This document shows positions 48,328 to 58,374 of a stretch of DNA of 64,000 nt, piece after piece. The position numbers were made by a program, and so were the translations under genes. Source of the stretch: an uncultured delta proteobacterium. GTDB taxonomy: Bacteria > Myxococcota > Kuafuiibacteriia > Kuafuiibacteriales > Kuafuiibacteriaceae. The stretch is from positions 384,001 to 448,000 of the forward strand of contig CAWDML010000003.1 of assembly GCA_963803435.1 (NCBI GenBank), written 5' to 3'. How positions within the stretch are numbered: position 1 is the first letter of the stretch; each line of letters opens with the position of its first letter. The notes under the pieces were generated by a model. That model searched no databases and was not told where the DNA came from. It saw only the letters and a program-made list of their open reading frames with translations.

Positions 48328-49068
48328 TCATGGCTTGGTGTAGCGCTCGATGACCTCGTCCGGAGGGCCGTCCATCACCACCAGGCCCTTTTCCATCAAG
48401 ATCAGCCGCGTGCAGAGACGCTTCAGCTCGACCATGTTGTGCGAGACGATGACGACGGTCCGCCCCTCACCACGGACCATCTCCTCCATTCGCGCCATCG
48501 ACTTCTTCTTGAAATCGGCGTCACCCACCGCGAGGATCTCGTCCACCAAGAGGATGTCGGGCTCGATCACGGAAGCGACGGCGAAGCCGAGCCGAGCCTT
48601 CATCCCGGACGAGTAGGTCCGGAGCGGTTGGCGAATGAAGTTGCCGATGTCCGCGAAGGCAACCACCGCGTCGTACCGCTCCGCCACCTGTCGAGGCGAC
48701 AGGCCGAGGATGGCGCCGGCCAGCCTGATGTTCTCACCGCCCGTGAGCTCCTCGCGGAAGCCCGAGCCGAGCTCGAGAATCCGCACGCGACCGCGCGCGC
48801 ATGCCGATCCCTTGTCCGGCTGGTAGATGCCAGCAATGACCCGAAGCAGCGTGCTCTTGCCCGATCCGTTCTTCCCGATGAGCCCGACGACCTCGCCGGT
48901 GCGGATCTCCACCGTGACCCCGCGGAGAGCCCAGAACTCCTTCTCGCTCCTCGAGCGCAGTCGGCCCCGAGCCATCGCGAGGAAGACCTCCTTGAGACCA
49001 CCCGCTGAGTACCGGACCATGGGGAAGGACAGATGGACATCCTCGATCTCGATCGACGGGTCCTTCAC
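48328..49068 (-). CDS. wzt: Polysaccharide ABC exporter ATP-binding subunit
   Basis: FWAL, GKNGSGKST, YSSGMKARLGF, LVDEILAVGD, VSHN; GTGA overlap with wzm; no C-terminal carbohydrate-binding domain. Confidence 0.92.
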   Translation of the reverse strand: MKDPSIEIEDVHLSFPMVRYSAGGLKEVFLAMARGRLRSRSEKEFWALRGVTVEIRTGEVVGLIGKNGSGKSTLLRVIAGIYQPDKGSACARGRVRILELGSGFREELTGGENIRLAGAILGLSPRQVAERYDAVVAFADIGNFIRQPLRTYSSGMKARLGFAVASVIEPDILLVDEILAVGDADFKKKSMARMEEMVRGEGRTVVIVSHNMVELKRLCTRLILMEKGLVVMDGPPDEVIERYTKP

Positions 49069-49844
49069 AGGTATTTCACCGCCTTGCGCTCCCAACGGAA
49101 GAAGATCGCAGAGCCCATCCAGCAGGTCATGAAGGCGATGGTCGCCGCCGAGACGAGGTGCACGGTTCCGAAAGGCATCGGCTTGTGAAGCACCGCGCTT
49201 CGCGCCATCGAGAGGCAGACCGCGAGCGGGTTGAAGAGGAACCAAAAGCGCATGTCTGCTGGGACCATGGAGATCGGGTAGATCGCGGCCGAGAAATACA
49301 TCCCCATCCTCAGCAAGACTCCGAGTAGGTAGCCGACGTCCTTGAACACGACGTTCGCGCATGAGGCCACCAGACCGATCCCCACAGCGAGCATCGTGAT
49401 CAGCAGAATCGCGACGGGCCACAGGATCACGGATGTTCCGGGTACGACCCGGTAGAACAACAAGAATGGAATCACCGCCAGCATGTTCAGGAGCAACACG
49501 ACCAGGTTCGAAGCGCTTGCTGCCACGACGTAGACGTCGCGCGGGATCGGGATCGAGCGCACCAGCCCTGCGTTCGAGCGTAGCGCTGTGGCACTCCCGT
49601 TCACGACCGAGCTGAAGTAGGTCCACGGCATCAATCCGAGGATCACCACCAGGACGAAGTCCGGCTGCCCTCGGTGAGCGATGACCGTAAAGATGAAGTA
49701 GTAGATGCCGACCAGAGCCAGAGGCTCGAGGAGGCTCCAGAGATATCCGAGGACCGTCCCTCGGTATTTGACCTTGAGGTCGCGGGCCACGAAGTTGGCG
49801 ATCACGTAGCGGTGTTCGCGAATGTGCCTCAGCAAGCGCAGCAT
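49065..49844 (-). CDS. wzm: Polysaccharide ABC exporter permease
   Basis: RDLKVKYRGTVLGYLWSLLEPL, FKDV, IYP, FNPL. Confidence 0.92.
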   Translation of the reverse strand: MLRLLRHIREHRYVIANFVARDLKVKYRGTVLGYLWSLLEPLALVGIYYFIFTVIAHRGQPDFVLVVILGLMPWTYFSSVVNGSATALRSNAGLVRSIPIPRDVYVVAASASNLVVLLLNMLAVIPFLLFYRVVPGTSVILWPVAILLITMLAVGIGLVASCANVVFKDVGYLLGVLLRMGMYFSAAIYPISMVPADMRFWFLFNPLAVCLSMARSAVLHKPMPFGTVHLVSAATIAFMTCWMGSAIFFRWERKAVKYL

Positions 49845-50060
49845 GCGTCGTTCCGCTCCCGCACCGGGTACTCCGACTTGCCCATCGCAATCAAGATCGC
49901 GCCGAGCTCGTCGCTGCCGTGCGCTTCTCGAGATCGGACGATCGCTCCTCGACCGAGCCACCCGCTTCTTCGCGTCTCGGACTCCGTGCTTCGCGCGATC
50001 CGAGAGACGCCGGCCGAGGCTCCGCGGGCGCTCGCGGCCCGCCGGTGCTGCGTATACCCT

Positions 50061-52010
50061 TCATCGCGGAGCTGGCGACGGATGAAACGGACCGTCCAGG
50101 AATCTCCGGCAATAGAGCTCCATCGTCGCCAAGCGGTAGAGCTGCCATCCGAAGTCCCGAGTGCCCGCGTTGTGCAGCTCGATCATTCGCTCGACCGGCG
50201 CACGCCTCGTGAACCCCCGCTCGAGCGCGCGTCTTGAGAGGACGAGCTCGCGGAGCCAGCTCTTTTGATGCGTTCGGATCCACCGCGAGAAAGGCGTCGG
50301 ATAGCCCTTCTTGTCGCGTCGGTCCCGGACTGCGTCCGGAATGATGCCGGTCATCGCGTCCCGGAGGACGGCCTTGGTGCGCGCCCCGACGATCTGACGC
50401 GTGGGCGCGATGCCCAGGCTGTATTCGACGAGACGATAGTCCAGAAAGGGGGTCCGCGCTTCGATGGAGAACGCCATCGAGTTGCGGTCCTCGTAGTGGA
50501 GCAACGCGGGCAAGGAGGTTCGAACGAGTTGGTCCCATTGCGCGTCCGTCAGCGGGTCTGCGGTGATCCGCGGAATGTCCCAGCGGAACCCGTCGTCCCG
50601 GAGTTTCTGGTGGACCTCGTCGGTGGTCGGGCGCAGGTCGAGCTCATCCCCCCCGCGGCGGGCCGCGAGGCCGCCCGCCGATGGCAGCGCCAACCGTTTG
50701 CGGATCGCCGCTCCATACCGCTTGCCTCTCGCGATCAAAGCGCCGCGGAGGATCTCGCGTACCGGATCCCTGCCGACGAGGTCGCTCATCTCCCGGTGGG
50801 CGCGCCAGAGGCTCAGGAGTGCTCCCAGGCTCCCGCCGCGAGCCCTCCTCAGGAGACTTCGAACGTACGGGTCGAAGTCGTGGAAATAGCCGGCGAACAG
50901 CTCGTCGGCGCCCTGTCCGTCGAGAAGGACCTTCACCTTGCTGCTGGCCACCCGCATGACGTGCCACTGCGTGTAGACGCCGGGGCCGACCGTCGGGCCG
51001 TCCTGGTAGTAGGTGGCTCGTTCGAGAACGTCGGGGAGGTCCAGGCCGTTCGGGGTGATCAGGTTCTCGCGAAGCTCGAGCTGCTCCACCATCAAGCGGA
51101 CGAATCCGCTCTCGTCGAAGCCGGGCTCGGAGTAGACGGCAGAGAAGGTCTCGGGAGCCAGCCCGAGCCTCCGCTTGGCGCAGGCGACGATCGAAGAGCT
51201 GTCGATCCCTCCTGAGAGGCACGTGCCCACCGGAACATCCGAGCGGAACCGCAACCTGACCGCGTCGATCAGGAGCTCACGAACCCGTTCCGTCTCCTGA
51301 GGCGAACCGGTCTCCCGCGCATCCGAGGGCGGAGTGAAGGTCCAGTACCTGGTCTCTCGCCTCGCACCCGATGCCTCGAAGACGACCACGGTACCCGGCT
51401 CGACCGCGTCGATGTGCTCGAAGAACGACTCCTTGAGAAAGCAGATCTGCGCCTGGACGAAGTGACGTGCGATGTTTCGTAGGTTCGGCTGCGCGAGCGC
51501 AGGCTCTGCGGCCAGGATGGCCTTGATCTCCGAGGCGAACAGCAGTCGGCGGTCATTCACGTGGAGGTACAGCGGCTTGATCCCGAGACGGTCCCGTGAG
51601 AGGAGGAGCCTTCGCTCGCGCGCATCGTACAGCGCGAGGCCCCACATCCCGTTGAGGCGCTCGAAGGCGTCGAGCCCGAACTGCCGGTAAGCCTGAAGGA
51701 TGACCTCCGTATCCGTGTGGGAGCGAAAACGGCAGCCTCGGGCTTCGAGCTCTTCGCGAAGCTCGAGATAGTTGTAGACCTCGCCGTTGTAGCTGATCCA
51801 GAGCCCTTCGTCGTCGGTCGACATGGGCTGATGGCCAGCCTCAGATAGATCGATGATCGAGAGTCGTCGATGCGCGAGCCCGCACGGCCCGAGGACGACG
51901 TCACCGACGCCGTCAGGGCCCCGATGCGCCAGGGCCGAGCTCATCGTCCGTAACAGGTCGACGGAGGGGCTTCGTCCGTCGAAGTAGAGCACGCCGGCGA
52001 CGCCGCACAT
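50061..52010 (-). CDS. asnB: Asparagine synthase-like glutamine amidotransferase (glycan-associated)
   Basis: MCGVAG, HRGPD, RLSIID, NGEVYN, SGGIDSS, DGQGADE, DRNSMAFSIEARTPFLD. Confidence 0.93.
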   Translation of the reverse strand: MCGVAGVLYFDGRSPSVDLLRTMSSALAHRGPDGVGDVVLGPCGLAHRRLSIIDLSEAGHQPMSTDDEGLWISYNGEVYNYLELREELEARGCRFRSHTDTEVILQAYRQFGLDAFERLNGMWGLALYDARERRLLLSRDRLGIKPLYLHVNDRRLLFASEIKAILAAEPALAQPNLRNIARHFVQAQICFLKESFFEHIDAVEPGTVVVFEASGARRETRYWTFTPPSDARETGSPQETERVRELLIDAVRLRFRSDVPVGTCLSGGIDSSSIVACAKRRLGLAPETFSAVYSEPGFDESGFVRLMVEQLELRENLITPNGLDLPDVLERATYYQDGPTVGPGVYTQWHVMRVASSKVKVLLDGQGADELFAGYFHDFDPYVRSLLRRARGGSLGALLSLWRAHREMSDLVGRDPVREILRGALIARGKRYGAAIRKRLALPSAGGLAARRGGDELDLRPTTDEVHQKLRDDGFRWDIPRITADPLTDAQWDQLVRTSLPALLHYEDRNSMAFSIEARTPFLDYRLVEYSLGIAPTRQIVGARTKAVLRDAMTGIIPDAVRDRRDKKGYPTPFSRWIRTHQKSWLRELVLSRRALERGFTRRAPVERMIELHNAGTRDFGWQLYRLATMELYCRRFLDGPFHPSPAPR

Positions 52011-52140
52011 CGGTTCCTTAGGCGATGCGTTCTCACCGCTGTCAAGCCCCCGAGACGTGTGGGGGCAAGCGAGAACGAGAGTCCGACGCTTCGTTGTTTC
52101 GCTCGATTCCACGTGATACGCGAGCGACGCTCTCTGCGCT

Positions 52141-53385
52141 ATGGCCGTAGACCGACCGAATCGACGCGTGCTGTTCATCGCGCGCGTTTTTCCTCCGCAG
52201 GGCGGCGGTGGCGTTCAGCGCCCGGTCAAGCTGGTGCGCCATCTTCCGGACCACGGCTGGATTGCGCGCGTGATCGCAGCCCCCCCCTCGGGGAGTGTGC
52301 GGGACGAGTCCTTGCTCGACGAGATCCCGCCTTCGGTCGAGGTCGCTCGTCTCCGCGGCGCGCTCGGGATTCGGGTCCCGAACGCTCTTCGCGCGCTCAG
52401 GCTCGGTCGGCTCTACGCGTCCTTTCGACACATCGTGCTCGCGGGTGACGATGGGCTGGTCGATCTCTCCGAAACGATAGCGCTCGGCGTCCGGATGGGG
52501 CGAGACGTGGACGCGGTCGTCGCCACCAGCCTGCCGTTCTCGAGCATCGTCGCGGGAGCGCTGATCGCGCGAGCCCTGAACAAGCCGTTCCTCGCCGATC
52601 TGCGCGACCCTTGGGCGTTTGCGCCCCGGGTCCGCGGCTTCAGCTCGGTTCACCTTCGGGCGATGAAGGCCTTGGAACGGCGAACGCTCGCCGAGGCCAC
52701 TTCGATCGTGACGGTGACCGAGGGGTGCCGGAGGTATCTCTCGCCTGAGGTGGCAGAACGAGCGATCGTCATCCCAAACGGCTACGACCCGGCGGATCTG
52801 GAGGTGGAGGCGGAGCCGCGGAGTGACCACGCGGTTCGGATCGTTCATGCAGGATCACTCTATGGGGAGCGACATCCTGGGCTGCTGCTCGAGGCGCTGT
52901 CGCGAGTACAAGCCCGGTATCCCGAGCGAAGGATCGAGCTGGTGATGGCGGGGGCCACGTACGAGCATGCCTCCGACCTCACACGGGCGGCGATCCGGGT
53001 TGACGTGCGCGGATATCTCTCCCATCGAGAGTCGATGGCGTTGGTCCGCTCCGCTGACGCGATCGTCGTGCTGGTCGGCAATCAGCCTGAGGACGACCAC
53101 GCGCTTCCGGCCAAGCTATTCGAGGCGATCGCGATGGGGCCGCCTGTGCTGTGCTCGGCCCGCGCGGGCAGCGAGTCCGCGCGGCTCATGGAGGCAACGG
53201 GTGCAGGGCGCGTGGTCTCGGACCGCGCGGCCATCGAGGTCGCGGTCGAGGACCTCCTCGAAGGCCGGCTCGAGACCTCGAACCTCGCGGAACGTGCGCC
53301 CGTGCTTGCTCCGTTCCACCGGAGCGCGATTGCGCGACGGTTCGCCGATCTCCTCGACGCACTGGTCACATCGCCGCGGAGATGA
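52141..53385 (+). CDS. Glycosyltransferase, GT4/GT-B
   Basis: FPPQGGGGVQR, DLRDPW, IPNGYD, HAGSLY, PAKLFE. Confidence 0.9.
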   Translation: MAVDRPNRRVLFIARVFPPQGGGGVQRPVKLVRHLPDHGWIARVIAAPPSGSVRDESLLDEIPPSVEVARLRGALGIRVPNALRALRLGRLYASFRHIVLAGDDGLVDLSETIALGVRMGRDVDAVVATSLPFSSIVAGALIARALNKPFLADLRDPWAFAPRVRGFSSVHLRAMKALERRTLAEATSIVTVTEGCRRYLSPEVAERAIVIPNGYDPADLEVEAEPRSDHAVRIVHAGSLYGERHPGLLLEALSRVQARYPERRIELVMAGATYEHASDLTRAAIRVDVRGYLSHRESMALVRSADAIVVLVGNQPEDDHALPAKLFEAIAMGPPVLCSARAGSESARLMEATGAGRVVSDRAAIEVAVEDLLEGRLETSNLAERAPVLAPFHRSAIARRFADLLDALVTSPRR

Positions 53386-54761
53386 TCGCCCGAATCCATC
53401 GTCGCCGTCTCCGGGTCGTGCAGTTCGTCGTCGGAGACGCGCCGCGCGACGCGCGCGTGATGCGAAGCGCGAGGTCTCTCCGCGACGCGGGCCACGAGGT
53501 CCTGATTGTCGGCAGGAATAGACACCTGCTCGGGCTCCGGCCGTTGACTCCCATCGATCAGGTCGACGGCATGGAGCACTGGGCGATGCCGTTCAGTCTG
53601 TCGCAGCGCTACGACGTGATCTTGGAGGCGCTGAATCGACTCAATCCGCTTTATTCGGTGGACGGCAGCATCAGAAGCTCGATCGCGCGCGCGATTTCGT
53701 CGGAGGAGCTGTCTTCAATCGACCGCCTGAAGACCCTGGCGCTCTCCGGTCCCTATGCGCTCGCGCTCGCATCGCACCGGACCGGGGCCCTGCGGCAGGC
53801 GTCGCGGGTGCTCGGTCTGCTCCACCGGCCGCGCTTCGTGGTCCGGGCCCTCCAGGCGTTTGCGCCGGACGTGATCCACGCGCACGATCTCTTCGGGTAC
53901 TCGTTTGTCGCGGAGCACGCACACCGCGCCGGAATTCCGCTGATCTACGATGCGCACGAGCTCGAAAGCGGTCGGAACGCACCGACATGGTCGGAGAAGA
54001 AGAAGGTCGAGCATGCGGCCCTCGAGCGGCGGCTCATCGGTGTTGCGAGCGGGGTGATAACCGTGTCCCCCGCGATCGCCTCGATCTTGGAGGAGCGCTA
54101 CGGAATCACTCGTCCGACCGTCGTGGCCAACGCCCCGCCGCGCGCGAACATTCGAGAGAATCGCCCGCTGCGCGAGAGGCTCGGCCTGTCCAGCGAGGAG
54201 CGGGTCGTCCTCTATCTGGGCGGGGTTTCCTCAGGTCGAGGAATCGAGCGGTTGCTGGGGGCGCTCAAGCGACTCCCGGAGTCCGTCCACCTCGCACTGA
54301 TGGGGCCCGTCGTCGACCACTACGTCGATACCTTCAATCACCTCCTCCGCGCGATGGGTGCGCCCAGCCGTCGCGTTCACCTGCTCGGCAGGTTGCCGTA
54401 CGAACAGGTGATCCACGAGGCATGGGGCGCGGACGTGGGCTACAACGGAATCGAGATGTCGTGCGAAAGCTATCGAAACGCCCTGCCGAATAAGTTCTTC
54501 GAGTACGTGTTCGCCGGCGTGCCGGTCCTGTCGACGCCACAAACCGACGTCGTTCGTCTCACGGATGAGTATCGGCTGGGGCGCATCATTCCAGACGGTG
54601 ACGACGCGGACATCGCGGAAGCGATCCGTCGGGCGTTCTCCGACGGGCTCAAGATCCCTCCCGAGCGACGCCGGGCTTTCATCGAACGGTTTTGCTGGGA
54701 GGCCCAGGCCGAGGAGCTTCTGGGCCTCTACGAAAGGATTATCCCCGGCCGGGACGGCTGA
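53382..54761 (+). CDS. Glycosyltransferase, GT4/GT-B
   Basis: DARV, IHAHD, YDAHE, RGIE, LPNKFFEY; ATG 53382 overlaps the upstream stop. Confidence 0.9.
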   Translation: MIARIHRRRLRVVQFVVGDAPRDARVMRSARSLRDAGHEVLIVGRNRHLLGLRPLTPIDQVDGMEHWAMPFSLSQRYDVILEALNRLNPLYSVDGSIRSSIARAISSEELSSIDRLKTLALSGPYALALASHRTGALRQASRVLGLLHRPRFVVRALQAFAPDVIHAHDLFGYSFVAEHAHRAGIPLIYDAHELESGRNAPTWSEKKKVEHAALERRLIGVASGVITVSPAIASILEERYGITRPTVVANAPPRANIRENRPLRERLGLSSEERVVLYLGGVSSGRGIERLLGALKRLPESVHLALMGPVVDHYVDTFNHLLRAMGAPSRRVHLLGRLPYEQVIHEAWGADVGYNGIEMSCESYRNALPNKFFEYVFAGVPVLSTPQTDVVRLTDEYRLGRIIPDGDDADIAEAIRRAFSDGLKIPPERRRAFIERFCWEAQAEELLGLYERIIPGRDG

Positions 54762-54767
54762 TCCACG

Positions 54768-56135
54768 GTGGACCTGATGGCGACCATCGTCGTGCTCAAC
54801 GTATCCGAGACCCGACGCGACGCTCGCGTTCGGCGTATCGCCGGATCGCTCGCAGGTAAGGGCCATCGGGTGGTCGTCGTCGGATACAACGCGCGCAGCG
54901 AAGCCGAGCACGAGCAGATGGATGGCTTCGACCTGTTCCGGTGCTCCCCGAGGAAGTCGCAAGACCAGAAAGACATGGCGGCGATCGAGCGAGCCTGTCC
55001 GGCCGCCGGTGAGATCGTCCGACGTGCCGATCCGCGGGTCATGGGCGACACCCTCCGGCTCCGTCTGCCGTCGCGCCGTGAGCTCGAACGGATGGTCCTC
55101 AGGTACGGGCGCCGGCTCGAGCGCCGGCTGGGCACGACCATGCTTGGCGAGCCCGCGGTGATCGCGGCGGAGCACCGCGAGATCGGTCGAATTCGATCGA
55201 TGATGCTCATCAATCTCGCGCTCTTCGAGGAGGCGGCGAGGCACGCGCCGACGGTCGTCCATGCCAACGATCTGAACTCGTTGCTCGCCGGGTTCATGCT
55301 CAAGACTGTGACCGGCGCGAAGCTCATCTTCGATGCGCACGAGATCTATCCCGAGCAGTTCGCGGAATCATCGAGGTCGGAGATATGGCACGACTTCTAT
55401 ACTCGGCTGGAAGAGCTTCTCCTCCCGCACACGGATGCCCGCATGACGGTGTGCGACTCGATCGCGCGGTACTATGAGCGACAAAAGGGAAGCGCGCCGT
55501 TCGTGACGGTTCGAAACGTACCGTCGATTGCCCACCTTCCTCCGTCCTTGGTGCTCGATCGCATGAGCACGCCGCGCAGGTGCTTGTATCATGGGAACTA
55601 CTTCGAGTTCCGAGGGCTCGACGAGGTGATCCGAGCCGCGCGCCGTGTATCGAACGCACGCTTCGTTTTCCGAGGCTTTGGCTACCACGAAGAGAAGCTG
55701 AGGGCCCTCGCTCGGTCGGAGGGGGTTGAGGATCGTGTGGAGTTTGTGACGCCCGTGGAAGTGAATGAGGTCGTCGCCGCGGCCGCCGCGTGCGACATCG
55801 GTCTCAATCCGTTCATCTCGGTCTGCTTGAACACGGAGTTCGCTCTTCCCAACAAGTTCTTCGAGTACATGATGGCGGGCCTCGCGCTCGCGAGCTCTGA
55901 CCTGGTCGAGATGCGCCGGCTGACGACGGACCTCGATCTCGGCATCTTGTTCGACTCCCGGAACATCGACTCCATCGCCGACGGTCTCACACTCTTGGTG
56001 AAAGACTCGGAGCGGCTCGACGCGTGTCGCCGCAACGGGTACCAGCGGGCCAAGGAGGAGCTCCATTGGGAGCTTGAGGTCACACGTTTGTTCGGGGTCT
56101 ACGATCCCGTCGCAGGGGCAAAGGTACGGAGGTGA
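54768..56135 (+). CDS. Glycosyltransferase, GT4/GT-B
   Basis: DARV, VHAND, FDAHE, RGLD, LPNKFFEYMMAG. Confidence 0.9.
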   Translation: MDLMATIVVLNVSETRRDARVRRIAGSLAGKGHRVVVVGYNARSEAEHEQMDGFDLFRCSPRKSQDQKDMAAIERACPAAGEIVRRADPRVMGDTLRLRLPSRRELERMVLRYGRRLERRLGTTMLGEPAVIAAEHREIGRIRSMMLINLALFEEAARHAPTVVHANDLNSLLAGFMLKTVTGAKLIFDAHEIYPEQFAESSRSEIWHDFYTRLEELLLPHTDARMTVCDSIARYYERQKGSAPFVTVRNVPSIAHLPPSLVLDRMSTPRRCLYHGNYFEFRGLDEVIRAARRVSNARFVFRGFGYHEEKLRALARSEGVEDRVEFVTPVEVNEVVAAAAACDIGLNPFISVCLNTEFALPNKFFEYMMAGLALASSDLVEMRRLTTDLDLGILFDSRNIDSIADGLTLLVKDSERLDACRRNGYQRAKEELHWELEVTRLFGVYDPVAGAKVRR

Positions 56136-56198
56136 AGCGGCGCGCGCCAGGCGGAGCGCCACCACTGGGGTGTCGGCGAGCGCGTGCTCAGCGGATCG

Positions 56199-56780
56199 TC
56201 ACCGGTCGTTGAGTCGTTCACGCCGATACGGATAGGGTGTGCGGGGCTCCCGGCGCTCCGCCCGCATCGACAGCTCTTGCACGCGCCGCAGATCTCGGCG
56301 GAGCGTGGGCAGCGTGGTGGACGCGTACTCGCGCACCTCGAGATCCTGGCAAACGCTCGCGCAGTGCTCGTAGAGCTGCAGCGCGTTCTCCTGTGCGATC
56401 ACCTGCGTCCTCCGGTAGAGGTCGTCGAACTGGTCGCCCCGGGCCCGCTCGAGGCGCTCGTACGTCCTCGCCTCCTCCGGAAGCATCCGCGCGGGCAGCC
56501 GCTCTCCCTTCGACTCGGCGAGCGCCTCGAGTCGCTGGTTGTTCCGTGCGCCCTGGCGCTCGAGATCCTGCGCGAATCGGGCGAGGTCCCGCGGCGCCTC
56601 CTTTTGCATCGCGAGCTGCGATGACTCGACCTGCAGCGTGCCGAGGCTCGCTGCCTTTTGCAGGAAGTCATGGTCCGCTCTGAGGTTGACGGGGACGCGA
56701 TCGTACGGGCGGTCGTACGCCGAGCTTGCGCAGGACGCCATCGCGACCGCGCCGATCAGACCGAAGATTCTCTTTGGCAT
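56199..56780 (-). CDS. DUF4142 family lipoprotein
   Basis: MASC lipobox-like signal; D..FL.KAA...V..SQLA...FA....FD.LY...Q...A...LPTL. Confidence 0.82.
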   Translation of the reverse strand: MPKRIFGLIGAVAMASCASSAYDRPYDRVPVNLRADHDFLQKAASLGTLQVESSQLAMQKEAPRDLARFAQDLERQGARNNQRLEALAESKGERLPARMLPEEARTYERLERARGDQFDDLYRRTQVIAQENALQLYEHCASVCQDLEVREYASTTLPTLRRDLRRVQELSMRAERREPRTPYPYRRERLNDR

Positions 56781-56882
56781 GTGTGCCTCCTCCCGAGGGA
56801 GAAAGCACACGACGATCCGGTTGGGATCGCACGGCTCCCGGCGCTCGCGCGCTCGGACTGCGTGCCGGGGCGGGTCAGTCGC

Positions 56883-58088
56883 TCAGGTCCACTGCGCGGA
56901 TTCGTACGTGTTGCTGCGGAACTGGTGGCGCCAGTCGGAGTCGGACCGGAGCAGCGAAACCATGTCGTTGAGCGCGTTGAAGGGCGTGAGGTAATCGCCG
57001 AAGTAACCGGGGAGCCCGCCGAACATCCAGTCGAGCGCGTCGGCCTGCGCCTGCCCCTGGAGGTGATCCAGGTGGTAGCCGGTCGCGCCGCGCTGGGCCT
57101 GGTAGTCGCCCATGACCTGACCCCAGGGACCGAACATGCCCCAGAAGTCGCGGTTGAACTTGGCCTGGTTCTCGTTGAGCTCGCTCCGGAGCTGGTTGCC
57201 CCACGCTCGGCTCCCCACCGGAGGGCGGAGCTCGCGGGCGAGGGTCGGGTTCTGCGTGGTATCGACGGTCTGGTCGTAGATCGAGGTGTTGCCGTCCATG
57301 ACCCGCTTGGTCCCGGTGATGACGCCGTCGACCTCGCCGTCGCGCTCGCGGACATACTGCGTATGGGCGGCGTCGCCGGTCATGCGGAACGCGTCGTGCG
57401 AGGTCTCGGCCTCGCCGTACTTGCTCGAGCTCTGCGGGTCGGTGATGTGCTGCGCGCGCCACTCGTAGCCGTCCTGCGTGTGGCGGACGTCCTGCTGCGC
57501 CGGGGGACGATCGAGATGGTCGATGTCGATGCGGTCGGCGCCGTTCGTGATCACCATCCGCTGCGAGAGGGACTGGCCGTTGCCCTTGGCCTGATCGTAG
57601 TCGGTGTCGATGAAGACGCGGCTGCCGTCGCCGAGGACCAGGTCGGTGTCCTTGCTGAAGTCGGTGAGGCGCTTTCCGTTCACGTCCATGTGCGGGTCGC
57701 CCCAGATGTGGGTGTTGGGCGTGGCGTCGGCGTTCTGGGTCGGATCGAAGATGTCGATCGTGTGGTTGCCGCGCGGGATGATGTGGTACCCGCCGGCGGT
57801 CTCGACGGTGCCTTCCGGCCAGCCGCTGGGATTCTCGGCGAGACCCTGACCGGCGGGGGCGCCGGCCTGCGCCAGACCGGGACGCGGGATCGAGCCGGCG
57901 TGCGGCATGCAGCCGCCGCGACCGAAGAACGAGCCTCCGCCATCCAGACGATCGTGCACCGAGTGGAAGAGGTTCAGCGTCCTGCGAACGCCGTCGGCGC
58001 CACCCGTGGTGTTGACCACGGTGTTGTTGATCGTGATGTTGAAGTTGTAGAGGCCGTTGTTGTTGTTGTTGTTGATCGTCGTTCCCAT
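56883..58088 (-). CDS. DUF1521 (metal-inducible autocleavage-like) domain protein
   Basis: THIWGDPHMD followed by L.DGS.V.I.T; Asn/Thr-rich N-terminus with six AAC codons (58056-58073); no Sec signal. Confidence 0.75.
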   Translation of the reverse strand: MGTTINNNNNNGLYNFNITINNTVVNTTGGADGVRRTLNLFHSVHDRLDGGGSFFGRGGCMPHAGSIPRPGLAQAGAPAGQGLAENPSGWPEGTVETAGGYHIIPRGNHTIDIFDPTQNADATPNTHIWGDPHMDVNGKRLTDFSKDTDLVLGDGSRVFIDTDYDQAKGNGQSLSQRMVITNGADRIDIDHLDRPPAQQDVRHTQDGYEWRAQHITDPQSSSKYGEAETSHDAFRMTGDAAHTQYVRERDGEVDGVITGTKRVMDGNTSIYDQTVDTTQNPTLARELRPPVGSRAWGNQLRSELNENQAKFNRDFWGMFGPWGQVMGDYQAQRGATGYHLDHLQGQAQADALDWMFGGLPGYFGDYLTPFNALNDMVSLLRSDSDWRHQFRSNTYESAQWT

Positions 58089-58131
58089 GCTTCGACTCCC
58101 GGCGCGCACCTTCCTCGGCGTGCGGTCTCTC

Positions 58132-58158
58132 TTATCGGTGACTCCCGGTCTCGGTTGC
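58132..58158 (-). promoter_or_regulatory. Candidate sigma28-family promoter (GCAAC-N15-CCGATAA)
   Basis: Minus strand CCGATAA matches the FliA -10 GCCGATAA at 7 of 8 positions, 44 bp upstream of the ATG; -35 is non-canonical. Confidence 0.45.
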
Positions 58159-58374
58159 TAAAAAATCGAGCAATATCAACGATGTAGGTTGGTATGGGTA
58201 CGTGTGGCGACGGGTAATACAGTCGCGCGCGATCCCCGCGACACCTCGAAGCGCACTGAAACCCGCCATACACAGAGTTTGTCAGGACCGAAGGGTCCCT
58301 GCCAATCGAGGACCGCGGTGTACACGCCGGGCCGCCGCGCGGCCGCGATCGTCACCTCCGTGACCAAACATCGC

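Noticed and set aside
58200-58330. Possible riboswitch or ncRNA (hairpin CAGGACC-GAAG-GGTCCCTG at 58283-58301)
   Set aside because: No recognisable aptamer consensus and no U-tract; needs an Infernal/Rfam scan to support any call.
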